Shown: positions 11,501 to 22,904 of the stretch, one piece after another
Numbering within the stretch: the first letter of the stretch is position 1
Layout of the letters: every line of letters starts with the position of its first letter
Assembly: GCA_002269645.1 (NCBI GenBank)
Contig: NIVC01004338.1
Location: 1 to 49,733, forward strand
Direction of reading: 5' to 3'
Origin: Macrostomum lignano
Lineage: Eukaryota
Length of the DNA stretch: 49,733 bases
Notes under the pieces: model-generated
Seen by the model: the letters and a program-made list of their open reading frames with translations, nothing else
Told to the model about the DNA's origin: nothing
Databases searched by the model: none
Made by a program: the position numbers and the translations under genes

Positions 11501-14500
11501 GATTGCAGGTTCAAATAGTGTCAGATTGCAGGTTCAAATAGTGTCAGATTGCAGGTTCAAATAGTGTCAGATTGCAGGTTCAAATAGTGTCAGATTGCAG
11601 GTTCAAATAGTGTCAGATTGCAGGTTCAAATAGTGTCAGATTGCAGGTTCAAATAGTGTCAGATTGCAGGTTCAAATAGTGTCAGATTGCAGGTTCAAAT
11701 AGTGTCAGATTGCAGGTTCAAATAGTGTCAGATTGCAGGTTCAAATAGTGTCAGATTGCAGGTTCAAATAGTGTCAGATTGCAGGTTCAAATAGTGTCAG
11801 ATTGCAGGTTCAAATAGTGTCAGATTGCAGGTTCAATAGTGTCAGATTGCAGGTTCAAATAGTGTCAGATTGCAGGTTCAAATAGTGTCAGATTGCAGGT
11901 TCAAATAGTGTCAGATTGCAGGTTCAAATAGTGTCAGATTGCAGGTTCAATAGTGTCAGATTGCAGGTTCAAATAGTGTCAGATTGCAGGTTCAATAGTG
12001 TCAGATTGCAGGTTCAAATAGTGTCAGATTGCAGGTTCAAATAGTGTCAGATTGCAGGTTCAAATAGTGTCAGATTGCAGGTTCAAATAGTGTCAGATTG
12101 CAGGTTCAAATAGTGTCAGATTGCAGGTTCAATAGTGTCAGATTGCAGGTTCAATAGTGTCAGATTGCAGGTTTAAATAGTGTCAGATTGCAGGTTCAAA
12201 TAGTGTCAGATTGCAGGTTCAAATAGTGTCAGATTGCAGGTTCAAATAGTGTCAGATTGCAGGTTCAAATAGTGTCAGATTGCAGGTTCAAATAGTGTCA
12301 GATTGCAGGTTCAAATAGTGTCAGATTGCAGGTTCAAATAGTGTCAGATTGCAGGTTCAATAGTGTCAGATTGCAGGTTCAAAGTGTCAGATTGCAGGTT
12401 CAAATAGTGTCAGATTGCAGGTTCAAATAGTGTCAGATTGCAGGTTCAATAGTGTCAGATTGCAGGTTCAAATAGTGTCAGATTGCAGGTTCAATAGTGT
12501 CAGATTGCAGGTTCAAATAGTGTCAGATTGCAGGTTCAATAGTGTCAGATTGCAGGTTCAAATAGTGTCAGATTGCAGGTTCAAATAGTGTCAGATTGCA
12601 GGTTCAAATAGTGTCAGATTGCAGGTTCAAATAGTGTCAGATTGCAGGTTCAAATAGTGTCAGATTGCAGGTTCAAATAGTGTCAGATTGCAGGTTCAAA
12701 TGGTGTCAGATTGCAGGTTCAAATGGTGTCAGATTGCAGGTTCAAATGTGTCAGATTGCAGGTTCAAATGTGTCAGATTGCAGGTTCAAAGTGTCAGATT
12801 GCAGGTTCAAAGTGTCAGATTGCAGGTTCAAATAGTGTCAGATTGCAGGTTCAAAGTGTCAGATTGCAGGTTCAAATAGTGTCAGATTGCAGGTTCAAAT
12901 GTGTCAGATTGCAGGTTCAAAGTGTCAGATTGCAGGTTCAAATAGTGTCAGATTGCAGGTTCAAATAGTGTCAGATTGCAGGTTCAAATAGTGTCAGATT
13001 GCAGGTTCAATAGTGTCAGATTGCAGGTTCAAATGTGTCAGATTGCAGGTTCAAATAGTGTCAGATTGCAGGTTCAAATAGTGTCAGATTGCAGGTTCAA
13101 ATAGTGTCAGATTGCAGGTTCAAATAGTGTCAGATTGCAGGTTCAAATAGTGTCAGATTGCAGGTTCAAATAGTGTCAGATTGCAGGTTCAAATGTGTCA
13201 GATTGCAGGTTCAAATGTGTCAGATTGCAGGTTCAAATGTGTCAGATTGCAGGTTCAAAGTGTCAGATTGCAGGTTCAAATAGTGTCAGATTGCAGGTTC
13301 AAATAGTGTCAGATTGCAGGTTCAAATAGTGTCAGATTGCAGGTTCAAATAGTGTCAGATTGCAGGTTCAAATGTGTCAGATTGCAGGTTCAAATAGTGT
13401 CAGATTGCAGGTTCAAATGTGTCAGATTGCAGGTTCAAATAGTGTCAGATTGCAGGTTCAAATAGTGTCAGATTGCAGGTTCAAATAGTGTCAGATTGCA
13501 GGTTCAAATAGTGTCAGATTGCAGGTTCAAATAGTGTCAGATTGCAGGTTCAAAGTGTCAGATTGCAGGTTCAATAGTGTCAGATTGCAGGTTCAATAGT
13601 GTCAGATTGCAGGTTCAAATAGTGTCAGATTGCAGGTTCAAATAGTGTCAGATTGCAGGTTCAAAGTGTCAGATTGCAGGTTCAAATAGTGTCAGATTGC
13701 AGGTTCAAATAGTGTCAGATTGCAGGTTCAAATAGTGTCAGATTGCAGGTTCAATAGTGTCAGATTGCAGGTTCAAATAGTGTCAGATTGCAGGTTCAAA
13801 TAGTGTCAGATTGCAGGTTCAAATAGTGTCAGATTGCAGGTTCAAATAGTGTCAGATTGCAGGTTCAATAGTGTCAGATTGCAGGTTCAATAGTGTCAGA
13901 TTGCAGGTTCAAATAGTGTCAGATTGCAGGTTCAAATAGTGTCAGATTGCAGGTTCAAATAGTGTCAGATTGCAGGTTCAAATAGTGTCAGATTGCAGGT
14001 TCAAATAGTGTCAGATTGCAGGTTCAAATAGTGTCAGATTGCAGGTTCAAAGTGTCAGATTGCAGGTTCAAATAGTGTCAGATTGCAGGTTCAAATAGTG
14101 TCAGATTGCAGGTTCAAATAGTGTCAGATTGCAGGTTCAAATAGTGTCAGATTGCAGGTTCAAATAGTGTCAGATTGCAGGTTCAAATAGTGTCAGATTG
14201 CAGGTTCAAATGTGTCAGATTGCAGGTTCAAATAGTGTCAGATTGCAGGTTCAAATGGTGTCAGATTGCAGGTTCAAATGTGTCAGATTGCAGGTTCAAA
14301 TGTGTCAGATTGCAGGTTCAAATAGTGTCAGATTGCAGGTTCAATAGTGTCAGATTGCAGGTTCAAATGTGTCAGATTGCAGGTTCAAATGTGTCAGATT
14401 GCAGGTTCAAATGTGTCAGATTGCAGGTTCAAATGGTGTCAGATTGCAGGTTCAATAGTGTCAGATTGCAGGTTCAAATGTGTCAGATTGCAGGTTCAAT

Positions 14501-16851
14501 AGTGTCAGATTGCAGGTTCAAATAGTGTCAGATTGCAGGTTCAAATGTGTCAGATTGCAGGTTCAAATGTGTCAGATTGCAGGTTCAAATAGTGTCAGAT
14601 TGCAGGTTCAAATAGTGTCAGATTGCAGGTTCAAATAGTGTCAGATTGCAGGTTCAAATAGTGTCAGATTGCAGGTTCAAATAGTGTCAGATTGCAGGTT
14701 CAAATAGTGTCAGATTGCAGGTTCAATAGTGTCAGATTGCAGGTTCAATAGTGTCAGATTGCAGGTTTAAATAGTGTCAGATTGCAGGTTCAAATAGTGT
14801 CAGATTGCAGGTTCAAAGTGTCAGATTGCAGGTTCAAATAGTGTCAGATTGCAGGTTCAAATAGTGTCAGATTGCAGGTTCAAATAGTGTCAGATTGCAG
14901 GTTTCAAATAGTGTCAGATTGCAGGTTCAAATAGTGTCAGATTGCAGGTTCAATAGTGTCAGATTGCAGGTTCAATAGTGTCAGATTGCAGGTTCAATAG
15001 TGTCAGATTGCAGGTTCAATAGTGTCAGATTGCAGGTTTAAATAGTGTCAGATTGCAGGTTCAAATAGTGTCAGATTGCAGGTTCAAATAGTGTCAGATT
15101 GCAGGTTCAAATAGTGTCAGATTGCAGGTTCAAATAGTGTCAGATTGCAGGTTCAAATAGTGTCAGATTGCAGGTTCAATAGTGTCAGATTGCAGGTTCA
15201 ATAGTGTCAGATTGCAGGTTCAATAGTGTCAGATTGCAGGTTCAATAGTGTCAGATTGCAGGTTCAAATAGTGTCAGATTGCAGGTTCAAATAGTGTCAG
15301 ATTGCAGGTTCAAATGTGTCAGATTGCAGGTTCAAATAGTGTCAGATTGCAGGTTCAAATGTGTCAGATTGCAGGTTCAAATAGTGTCAGATTGCAGGTT
15401 CAATAGTGTCAGATTGCAGGTTCAATAGTGTCAGATTGCAGGTTCAAATAGTGTCAGATTGCAGGTTCAATAGTGTCAGATTGCAGGTTCAAATAGTGTC
15501 AGATTGCAGGTTCAAATGTGTCAGATTGCAGGTTCAAATGTGTCAGATTGCAGGTTCAAATGTGTCAGATTGCAGGTTCAAAGTGTCAGATTGCAGGTTC
15601 AAATAGTGTCAGATTGCAGGTTCAATAGTGTCAGATTGCAGGTTCAATAGTGTCAGATTGCAGGTTCAATAGTGTCAGATTGCAGGTTCAATAGTGTCAG
15701 ATTGCAGGTTCAAATAGTGTCAGATTGCAGGTTCAAATAGTGTCAGATTGCAGGTTCAAATGTGTCAGATTGCAGGTTCAAATGTGTCAGATTGCAGGTT
15801 CAAAGTGTCAGATTGCAGGTTCAATAGTGTCAGATTGCAGGTTCAATAGTGTCAGATTGCAGGTTCAATAGTGTCAGATTGCAGGTTCAATAGTGTCAGA
15901 TTGCAGGTTCAATAGTGTCAGATTGCAGGTTCAAATAGTGTCAGATTGCAGGTTCAAATAGTGTCAGATTGCAGGTTCAAATAGTGTCAGATTGCAGGTT
16001 CAATAGTGTCAGATTGCAGGTTCAATAGTGTCAGATTGCAGGTTCAATAGTGTCAGATTGCAGGTTCAATAGTGTCAGATTGCAGGTTCAATAGTGTCAG
16101 ATTGCAGGTTCAATAGTGTCAGATTGCAGGTTCAAATGTGTCAGATTGCAGGTTCAAATGTGTCAGATTGCAGGTTCAAATAGTGTCAGATTGCAGGTTC
16201 AAAGTGTCAGATTGCAGGTTCAAATAGTGTCAGATTGCAGGTTCAATAGTGTCAGATTGCAGGTTCAATAGTGTCAGATTGCAGGTTCAAATAGTGTCAG
16301 ATTGCAGGTTCAATAGTGTCAGATTGCAGGTTCAATAGTGTCAGATTGCAGGTTCAATAGTGTCAGATTGCAGGTTCAATAGTGTCAGATTGCAAGTTCA
16401 AATGGTATCAGATTGAAGGTTCAAATAGTGTCAGATTGAAGGTTCAAATCGTGTCAGATTGCAAGTTCAAATGGTGTCAGATTGCAGGTTCAATAGTGTC
16501 AGATTGCAGGTTCAATAGTGTCAGATTGCAAGTTCAAATGGTGTCAGATTGCAGATTCAAATAGTGTCAGATTGAAGGTTAAAATCGTGTCAGATTGCAA
16601 GTTCAAATGGTGTCAGATTGCAGGTTCAAATAGTGTCAGATTGCAGGTTCAAATGGTGTCAGATTGCAAGTTCAAATGGTGTCAGATTGCAGGTTCAAAT
16701 AGTGTCAGATTGCAAGTTCAAATGGTGTCAGATTGCAGGTTCAAATGGTGTCAGATTGCAGGTTCAAATAGTGTCAGATTGCAAGTTCAAATGGTGTCAG
16801 ATTGCAGGTTCAAATGGTGTCAGATTGCAGGTTCAAATAGTGTCAGATTGT
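5595..16851. repeat. Large intronic satellite, 23-bp consensus AGTGTCAGATTGCAGGTTCAAAT (21-23 bp variants), roughly 490-500 copies
   Basis: Read directly; fills almost all of the 11,481-bp last intron of WASHC2 (5559-17039). Copy number estimated from length divided by unit size. Confidence 0.98.
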
Positions 16852-17039
16852 TACTTTAGAATGTCCGAATTTTAGCTTGAACATGTTATATCGTGAGATA
16901 AAAAGCATAAAATTCTTGAATTAATAGTGTCAGACTGCGTAGAACAAGTGTTAGAATAAAGTAGTGTGTCAGATCACGGAACTAATAAATCGTCAGATCT
17001 GGATGCAAAACATTGTCAGCTCCTTCTGAAGGCACTCAC

Positions 17040-17928
17040 CCAAGTCCTGATTAGTGACAGCCTTAGACGGCTTAGCAGTGGAAGACTTATTATTATTGTT
17101 GTTGTTACTTTTACTACTAGCAGCAACACCGGCTTTCTGACGCTTATTGCCCTTATTGGTAATCTTGGCTACATCAGCCGTGGCAAAAATATCGTCCAAT
17201 TGGTCGCTAACAGAAGGTGCAGGGCCAGCAGCCTTCGAAGAACCGGCTGCAGTTGCCGAGGATTTCACCATTGGCGACTGGCCGCTGCCAAATAAGTCCC
17301 CTTCGTCATCCGAGGCGAATGGATCTTTCTTAGAAACCGACGGCAGCGATTTTTGCTGCTCGGGCTGTCGGCTGCTTTTATTGTTGCTGACGCCGTCAAG
17401 GCTGGGATTCTTTTGGGAGGATTTCAAATCGGAAAACAGGTCGTCGTCGTTCTCTTCTTCAAGCGTTGGTCGTTTTGGAATGTGTTTGGCTTCGGTCGAA
17501 GATGGGATCTTAGCCTCAGTCGAAGATGGGATCTTAGCCTCAGTCGAAGATGGGATCTTAGCCTCAGTCGAAGATGGGATCTTAGCCTCAGTCGAAGGTG
17601 GGATCTTAGCCTCAGTCGAAGGTGGGATCTTAGGCTTAGCCGCCAGCCTACCGGGAGCAAAGATGTCCTCATCGTCCTGATCGCTATCCCAGCTATCTCT
17701 GCGAAGCAATCCCGTAGATGGAGCCGACGGCAGAGACTGGACGGTAGGAGCAGGTCGGTTAGCAACCGATTTGTCTCCGACATCAACTGGAGCCATGAAT
17801 TCTTTAACAACGGCATCGTCGTTGGTTTGAGTAGAAATTTTTGCTGAAGCAGCAGCAGAAGAGGCTGCAGCAGTTGATGAAGCACCGCGTCGGGAAGGCA
17901 AGCGTCGACCAGGCATGCGAGCGCGATT
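17040..17928 (-). CDS. WASHC2: WASHC2 exon E13 (889 nt; second half of CPI-like motif, acidic LF motifs)
   Basis: Acceptor CTTCAG|AAT, donor TTGG|GTGAGT. Encodes NRARMPGRRLPSRR..., SWDSDQDDEDIF, EEENDDDLF, PFASDDEGDLF. Confidence 0.85.
17491..17634. repeat. Coding 24-bp minisatellite (STEAKIPS/P x6) inside WASHC2 E13
   Basis: CGAAGATGGGATCTTAGCCTCAGT repeated six times, in frame. Confidence 0.9.
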
Positions 17929-18022
17929 CTGAAGTCAATGGTAAAAAAAAATTTTAACCGACCAGGTGAAGCATTGATCGGTAATCAAACAAACCAATAG
18001 CGTATACAAAACTTTCTTTTAC

Positions 18023-18087
18023 CTTGGTAACTGAAACCAAAAGACCTCCAGTGGATGCTTCGTTTTGACTTTTCTCCGCAGCGGTAA
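18023..18087 (-). CDS. WASHC2: WASHC2 exon E12 (65 nt)
   Basis: CAACAG|TT acceptor (phase 1) and AAG|GTAAAA donor (phase 0). Encodes VTAAEKSQNEASTGGLLVSVTK and joins in frame to NRAR. Confidence 0.75.
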
Positions 18088-18204
18088 CTGTTGAAGGTTA
18101 AGGAAAAAGCAGATTAAAATGAGTAAAAGTCGGTTATCATATACGAGTACGCCTCCCAAGCTAAAAACAAGCCTAAAAACACTCATCCAGATCGGCCAAA
18201 AACA

Positions 18205-18820
18205 CGCACCCACTCCGCCAATAAAACACCCACCACCCCACTCTGCCAATAAAACACCCACCACCCCACTCCGCCAATAAAACACCCACCACCCCACTCC
18301 GCCAATGAAACAATCACCACCCCACTCCGCCAATAAAACACCCACCACCCCACTCCGCCAATTAAACAATCACCACCCCACTTCGCCAATAAAACAATCA
18401 CCACCCCACTCCGCCAATAAACCACCCGCCACCTAACTCCGCCAATGAAACAATCACCACCCCACTCCACCAATAAACCAGCAGCCACCTAACTCCGCCA
18501 ATAAAACACCCACCACCTAACCCCGCAACCCCGCCAATAAAGAACCACCACCCCACTCCGCCAATAAAACACCCAACACTCCAGTCCGCTAATAAAACAC
18601 CCACCACCCCAGTCCGCCAATAAAACACCCAACACTCCAGTCCGCTAATAAAACACCCATCACCCTAGATTGCCAATAAAACAACCACCACCCCACTCCG
18701 CCATAAAAGACCCGCCACACCCAATTCGTAAAAAAACACTCACCAACCACAATAAAACACCCACAATCCTGTCGCCAATAAAACACCCACCATCCCACTT
18801 CGCCAATAAAACACCCAAGT
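18205..18820. repeat. Intronic 28-bp minisatellite CTCCGCCAATAAAACACCCACCACCCCA
   Basis: Period 28 read directly (GCCAAT at 18245 and 18273); degenerate toward 18500-18820. Confidence 0.9.
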
Positions 18821-18873
18821 CACTATGACTTCCAAACGTAATTGAACAACGTATAAGCGATTCCGAGACCAAC

Positions 18874-19701
18874 CTGATTCCACACTAGCTTCTCCGTCGT
18901 CTTCTTTGCTATCAACAGCCGCCGCGACGGGGGCAGCGGAAGAAGCAGCGGCAACGCCACCAGAAGCGGCTTTGGAGCGCAAAAGTGCAGCCGGTGGCAT
19001 CGCGCCGCCAAACATGCTGACACCGCCCACCGGGGGTCGACGCCCACCAGCAGCAGCTTTTGAAATTGCGGCGGCAGCTGCGGCAGCACCGGCTGAAGTA
19101 GCGGAAGCTTTCGGCAGCGTCGGTTCCGGTTCCGGCTCCGGTGAAGAAGCCGGCGCGGGTTCTGACGCGGGTGCTGGCACGGGTGCTAGCGTGGGTGCTG
19201 GCGCAGGTACTGGCGCGGGTGCTGGCGCAGGTACTGGCGCGGGTGCTGGCGCAGGTACTGGCGCGGGTGCTGGCGCGTGTTTTTTAATAGCAGAAAACAG
19301 GTCACTATCGGTGCCATCGGAAGAATCAGAATCCGACGCAAAAGGTTGTCGTTTAATCGACGCAGGAGGCGCCGCCGTCGACGCCGCCGCCGTCACCGTT
19401 GTACTTGGCATCGGAGCGGCGGCAGTGGCAGTCTTGCTGCCACTAGGAGCAGCGCTCTTCGTTTTAGCCGCGGCAAATAGATCGCCATCGGAGTCATCCG
19501 AGTCGGAATCGAATAGATGCTTCGCTGGTGCTGATGGCTTTGCATTGGGTGCAGGGGCTGCTGCGGCGGCCTTGGCGGCGCCGCTTGGAGTGTCGGAAGT
19601 TTTCTTCTGTTCCGTTTGCTCCTGCTGCTGTTGCTGCTTTTTCGACGTATCGGCGCCGAAATCGGAGAAATTGTCGCTATCGGATTCTGAACTGCTGACG
19701 G
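18874..19701 (-). CDS. WASHC2: WASHC2 exon E11 (828 nt)
   Basis: CAACAG|CC acceptor and TCAG|GTTGGT donor, both phase 1. Contains LFDSDSDDSDGDLF, PFASDSDSSDGTDSDLF, a 24-bp PAPAPAPV repeat and GGVSMFGG. Confidence 0.8.
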
Positions 19702-19849
19702 CTGTTGAATTGCAAATAAGTGGTTGGTTTTACGGTTCAATACCGACTTCGGTTAACTTTATTTAAAACTGTCATTCATTGCTTGGTAATCAAATTTCTG
19801 CTAACTTGTCAAAACAGCCACTCCTTAACAAGACCTAAAAAACACTTCA

Positions 19850-20336
19850 AATTAGGGTGTCATAAATCATAACTATGTTTTGCCATAAATCATAACTAGG
19901 GTTATCAAATCATTACTAGAGTGTCATAAACTGTAAATAAGGTGTCATAAATCATACTAGGATTGCATAAATCATAGCTAAGGTCTCACAAATCATAAGT
20001 AGGATGCCAAAAATCATAACTAGGGTGTCATAAATCATAAATAAGGTTGTCATAAATCATAACTAGGGTGCCATAAATCATAACTAGGGTGTAATAAATC
20101 AAAACTAGGGTGTCATAAATCATAACTAGAGTTGCCATAAATTATAACTAGGGTTGTCATAAATCATAATTAAAGTGTTATAAACCTTCAATAAGGTGTC
20201 TTAATTCATCTAGGGTGTCATAAATCATATTAGGATAGCATAAATCATAGCCAGGGTCTCAAAAAATCATAACTACACTGTAGGGTGCAAAAAAGCATAA
20301 CTAGGATGTCATAAATTATAACTAGGGTCTCATAAA
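19850..20336. repeat. Intronic degenerate 21-bp minisatellite AGGGTGTCATAAATCATAACT
   Basis: CATAAATC core spaced 21 bp (e.g. 20051, 20072). Confidence 0.85.
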
Positions 20337-20345
20337 CCAGATTAC

Positions 20346-20730
20346 CTCTTTGCTGTCTAATTCGCTGCACAGCCGCAGGATCAACGGCACCGCCAAAAAC
20401 GCTGACTCCACCAAATGGCCTGTTGCTAGGCGGCTGTTGAGCAGAAGCCTGAGCAGCAGGAACAGCAGCAGTATCTTCCGATTCCGTACTGCTAACAAAC
20501 TTTTTCTTATCAGCTTCGGAAGATTTTCGAACCGGCGCAAACAGGCCGCCGGCGCCGCCGACGTCAGAGTCGTCGCTGCTGCCGAAGCCGCCACCGGCGC
20601 CAAAAAGACTGGTTGCCTTAGGCGCCGCTGTTGAGCTAGAGGCGGCAGCGGCAGAGGCGGCTGCCTCTGACGGCCGACTGTCGGGCTCGTCAACGAGAAG
20701 ACTGCGGCCTCGCTCCTGCTTTGCGTCGGG
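20346..20730 (-). CDS. WASHC2: WASHC2 exon E10 (385 nt)
   Basis: TTGCAG|CCC acceptor (phase 0), AGAG|GTAATC donor (phase 1). Contains the GGVSVFGG motif typical of FAM21. Confidence 0.8.
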
Positions 20731-20793
20731 CTGCAATTCGGGCAACGTGACATGTTGATAGACATGAAGGGCTGGGTTGAACACTGAATTAGC

Positions 20794-20915
20794 TCCGACA
20801 CTTCATATCTCCGACACTTCATATCTCCGACAATTCATATCTCCGACACTTCATATCTCCGACACTTCACACCGCCGACACTTGATATTTCCGTTAGAGT
20901 ATAAAGTGTCGGAGA
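20794..20915. repeat. Intronic 16-bp repeat CCGACACTTCATATCT (~6 copies) plus one inverted copy
   Basis: Period 16; AAGTGTCGGAGATAT at ~20903-20917 is the reverse complement of the unit. Confidence 0.8.
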
Positions 20916-20965
20916 TATTAACCCCCCCCCCCTGAACAACACATCCTGGAGTGTAAATAACGCAC

Positions 20966-21138
20966 CAATTTAGGCTTAACGGCAAACAAATCGTCATCGT
21001 CATCGTCATCATCGCTATCAAAGAGGCCCTTCTTCTGTGGCTGACTTCTAGTTGCTATTGCTGCTGCTGCTGTTGCAGACGCCGCAGCGGCTGGTGGGTT
21101 TCTAGCCGCTTCCGGCTTCGCTGATTCGCTGTTGCTGC
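20966..21138 (-). CDS. WASHC2: WASHC2 exon E9 (173 nt)
   Basis: TTCCAG|GC acceptor, TTG|GTGCGT donor; encodes KKGLFDSDDDDDDDLFAVKPKL. Confidence 0.8.
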
Positions 21139-21291
21139 CTGGAAAAACGAAAATGAATATTTAGAAAAATAAATTTAAAAAGCGAATCACACCTGCAGTA
21201 TACTACTGAAAGCGACCAAGATTATTTTTGTATAATTAAAGAGAAAAAGGCTGAATCAAATTTAATTAGCGTGCAATCGCATTTTTCTCAC

Positions 21292-21435
21292 TATTAGTCG
21301 ACCGCTCTTTGATCTTTGCCGCCGTAGTCGCGGCCGGAGGCGCCTTTGATCTTGCCGCCGCACCCGAAGCCGCAGTTTTACTAGCGGCCGAGGTAATTTT
21401 AAACAAATCATCGCCCTCATCTGAAGAGTCCAAGT
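21292..21435 (-). CDS. WASHC2: WASHC2 exon E8 (144 nt)
   Basis: TCGCAG|AC acceptor, AATA|GTGAGA donor; encodes DLDSSDEGDDLFK, completing LFG-D from the previous exon. Confidence 0.75.
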
Positions 21436-21674
21436 CTGCGATTAAAAAAATTCAAAAAATCACTGAACCGCGAGCCATGCAAATTAGCTTATACAAATTT
21501 TATGAAATTGGATAAAAAGTTTACGATTGAAAATCATGACAGCTACTAGCAGTAGTAGACTTTGATTTTTACGCTATTTACTCATTTTTTAAAAAATCGT
21601 GACAAATCATAACAAAAATGCGTAAATTATGATTTCTTACCATCTAGCAAAACTTATAAAATCTTACCCACACA

Positions 21675-22432
21675 CCCAAAATCTCACCTTAAGTGAATAA
21701 AGACACCCAAAATCTCACCTTAAGTGAACAAGGACACCCAAAATCTCACCCTAAAGTGGACAAGGACACCCAAAATCACACCCTAAAGTGAACAAGGACA
21801 CCCAAAATCACACCCTAAAGTGAACAAGGACACCCAAAATCACACCCTAAAGTGGACAAGGACACCCAAAATCACACCGTAAAGTGGACAAGGATACCCA
21901 AAATCACACCCTAAAGTGGACAAGGACACCCAAAATCACACCCTAAAGTGGACAAGGACACCCAAAATCACACCCTAAAGTGGACAAGGACACCCAAAAT
22001 CACACCCTAAAGTGGACAAGGACACCCAAAATCTCACCCTAAAGTGGACAAGGACACCCAAAATCACACCCTAAAGTGGACAAGGACACCCAAAATCTCA
22101 CCTAAAGTGGACAAGGACACCCAAAATCACACCCTAAAGTGGACAAGGACACCCAAAATCACACCGTAAAGTGGACAAGGACACCCAAAATCTCACCTAA
22201 AGTGGACAAGGACACCCAAAATCACACCCTAAAGTGGACAAGGACACCCAAAATCACACCGTAAAGTGGACAAGGACACCCAAAATCACACCCTAAAGTG
22301 GACAAGGACACCCAAAATCTCACCTAAAGTGGACAAGGACATCCAAAATCTCACCTAAAGTGGACAAGGACACCCAAAATCTCACCCTAAAGTGGACAAG
22401 GACACCTAAAATCTCACCCTAAAATGGACAGA
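21675..22432. repeat. Intronic 32-bp minisatellite GGACACCCAAAATCACACCCTAAAGTGGACAA
   Basis: Period 32 read directly (CACACC at 21841 and 21873); about 23 copies. Confidence 0.92.
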
Positions 22433-22498
22433 CCCCAGAAATCTATAAAACTGCCATAAAAATCTGCCATATATCGGTGCACAAGCCATAATAATTAC

Positions 22499-22651
22499 CA
22501 AACAATCTAGCTGGTTTCAAGCCGCCTCGGCTGTTATTAGCGGTGCTGGCATTGCTAGGACTTCTGCTGCTTGACTCTGTCGTCATACGAGCCGCAGCCG
22601 ATGCTGAAGCACCATCTGGCACCAATCTCTGACTATTAGAAACTGGCACCA
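22499..22651 (-). CDS. WASHC2: WASHC2 exon E7 (153 nt)
   Basis: TTGCAG|TG acceptor and TTTG|GTAATT donor, phase 1/1; ends ...KPARLF. Confidence 0.75.
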
Positions 22652-22796
22652 CTGCAAATTAATGATTTCAGTTAGCTGTTTACTCTCGTAGTTAATGATT
22701 GAATCAATTAGAAGAAAATCAATGACTGCAATCGAATTATTTAGCGTCGCGCAATAAAATCAACGTTGAGACAAAAAAAAAACTGGTTTAACGCAC

Positions 22797-22830
22797 CTGG
22801 CTTAGCCACAGCTTTCTGTTGCGTTGCAGA
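22797..22830 (-). CDS. WASHC2: WASHC2 micro-exon E6 (34 nt)
   Basis: TTGTAG|TCT acceptor and CCAG|GTGCGT donor; SATQQKAVAKP. Needed to convert phase 0 to phase 1 between E5 and E7. Confidence 0.65.
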
Positions 22831-22904
22831 CTACAACAGTAAGGTAATTAAGCTTGGCAATTAAGTTAAATAAATTAAATCGCTCTCAAAACCAGCCACT
22901 GACA

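Noticed and set aside
5595-16851. CRISPR-like array of 23-bp repeats
   Set aside because: Units are head-to-tail with no unique spacers, no cas genes are present, and the context is a spliceosomal intron.
5720-16875. Many short ORFs (VQIVSDCRFNSVRLQ...)
   Set aside because: Translations of the satellite with TTG/GTG starts; frames break at every indel variant.
16966-19766. Long + strand ORFs (17147-17680, 17353-17847, 18906-19766)
   Set aside because: Antisense shadows of GC-rich WASHC2 exons.
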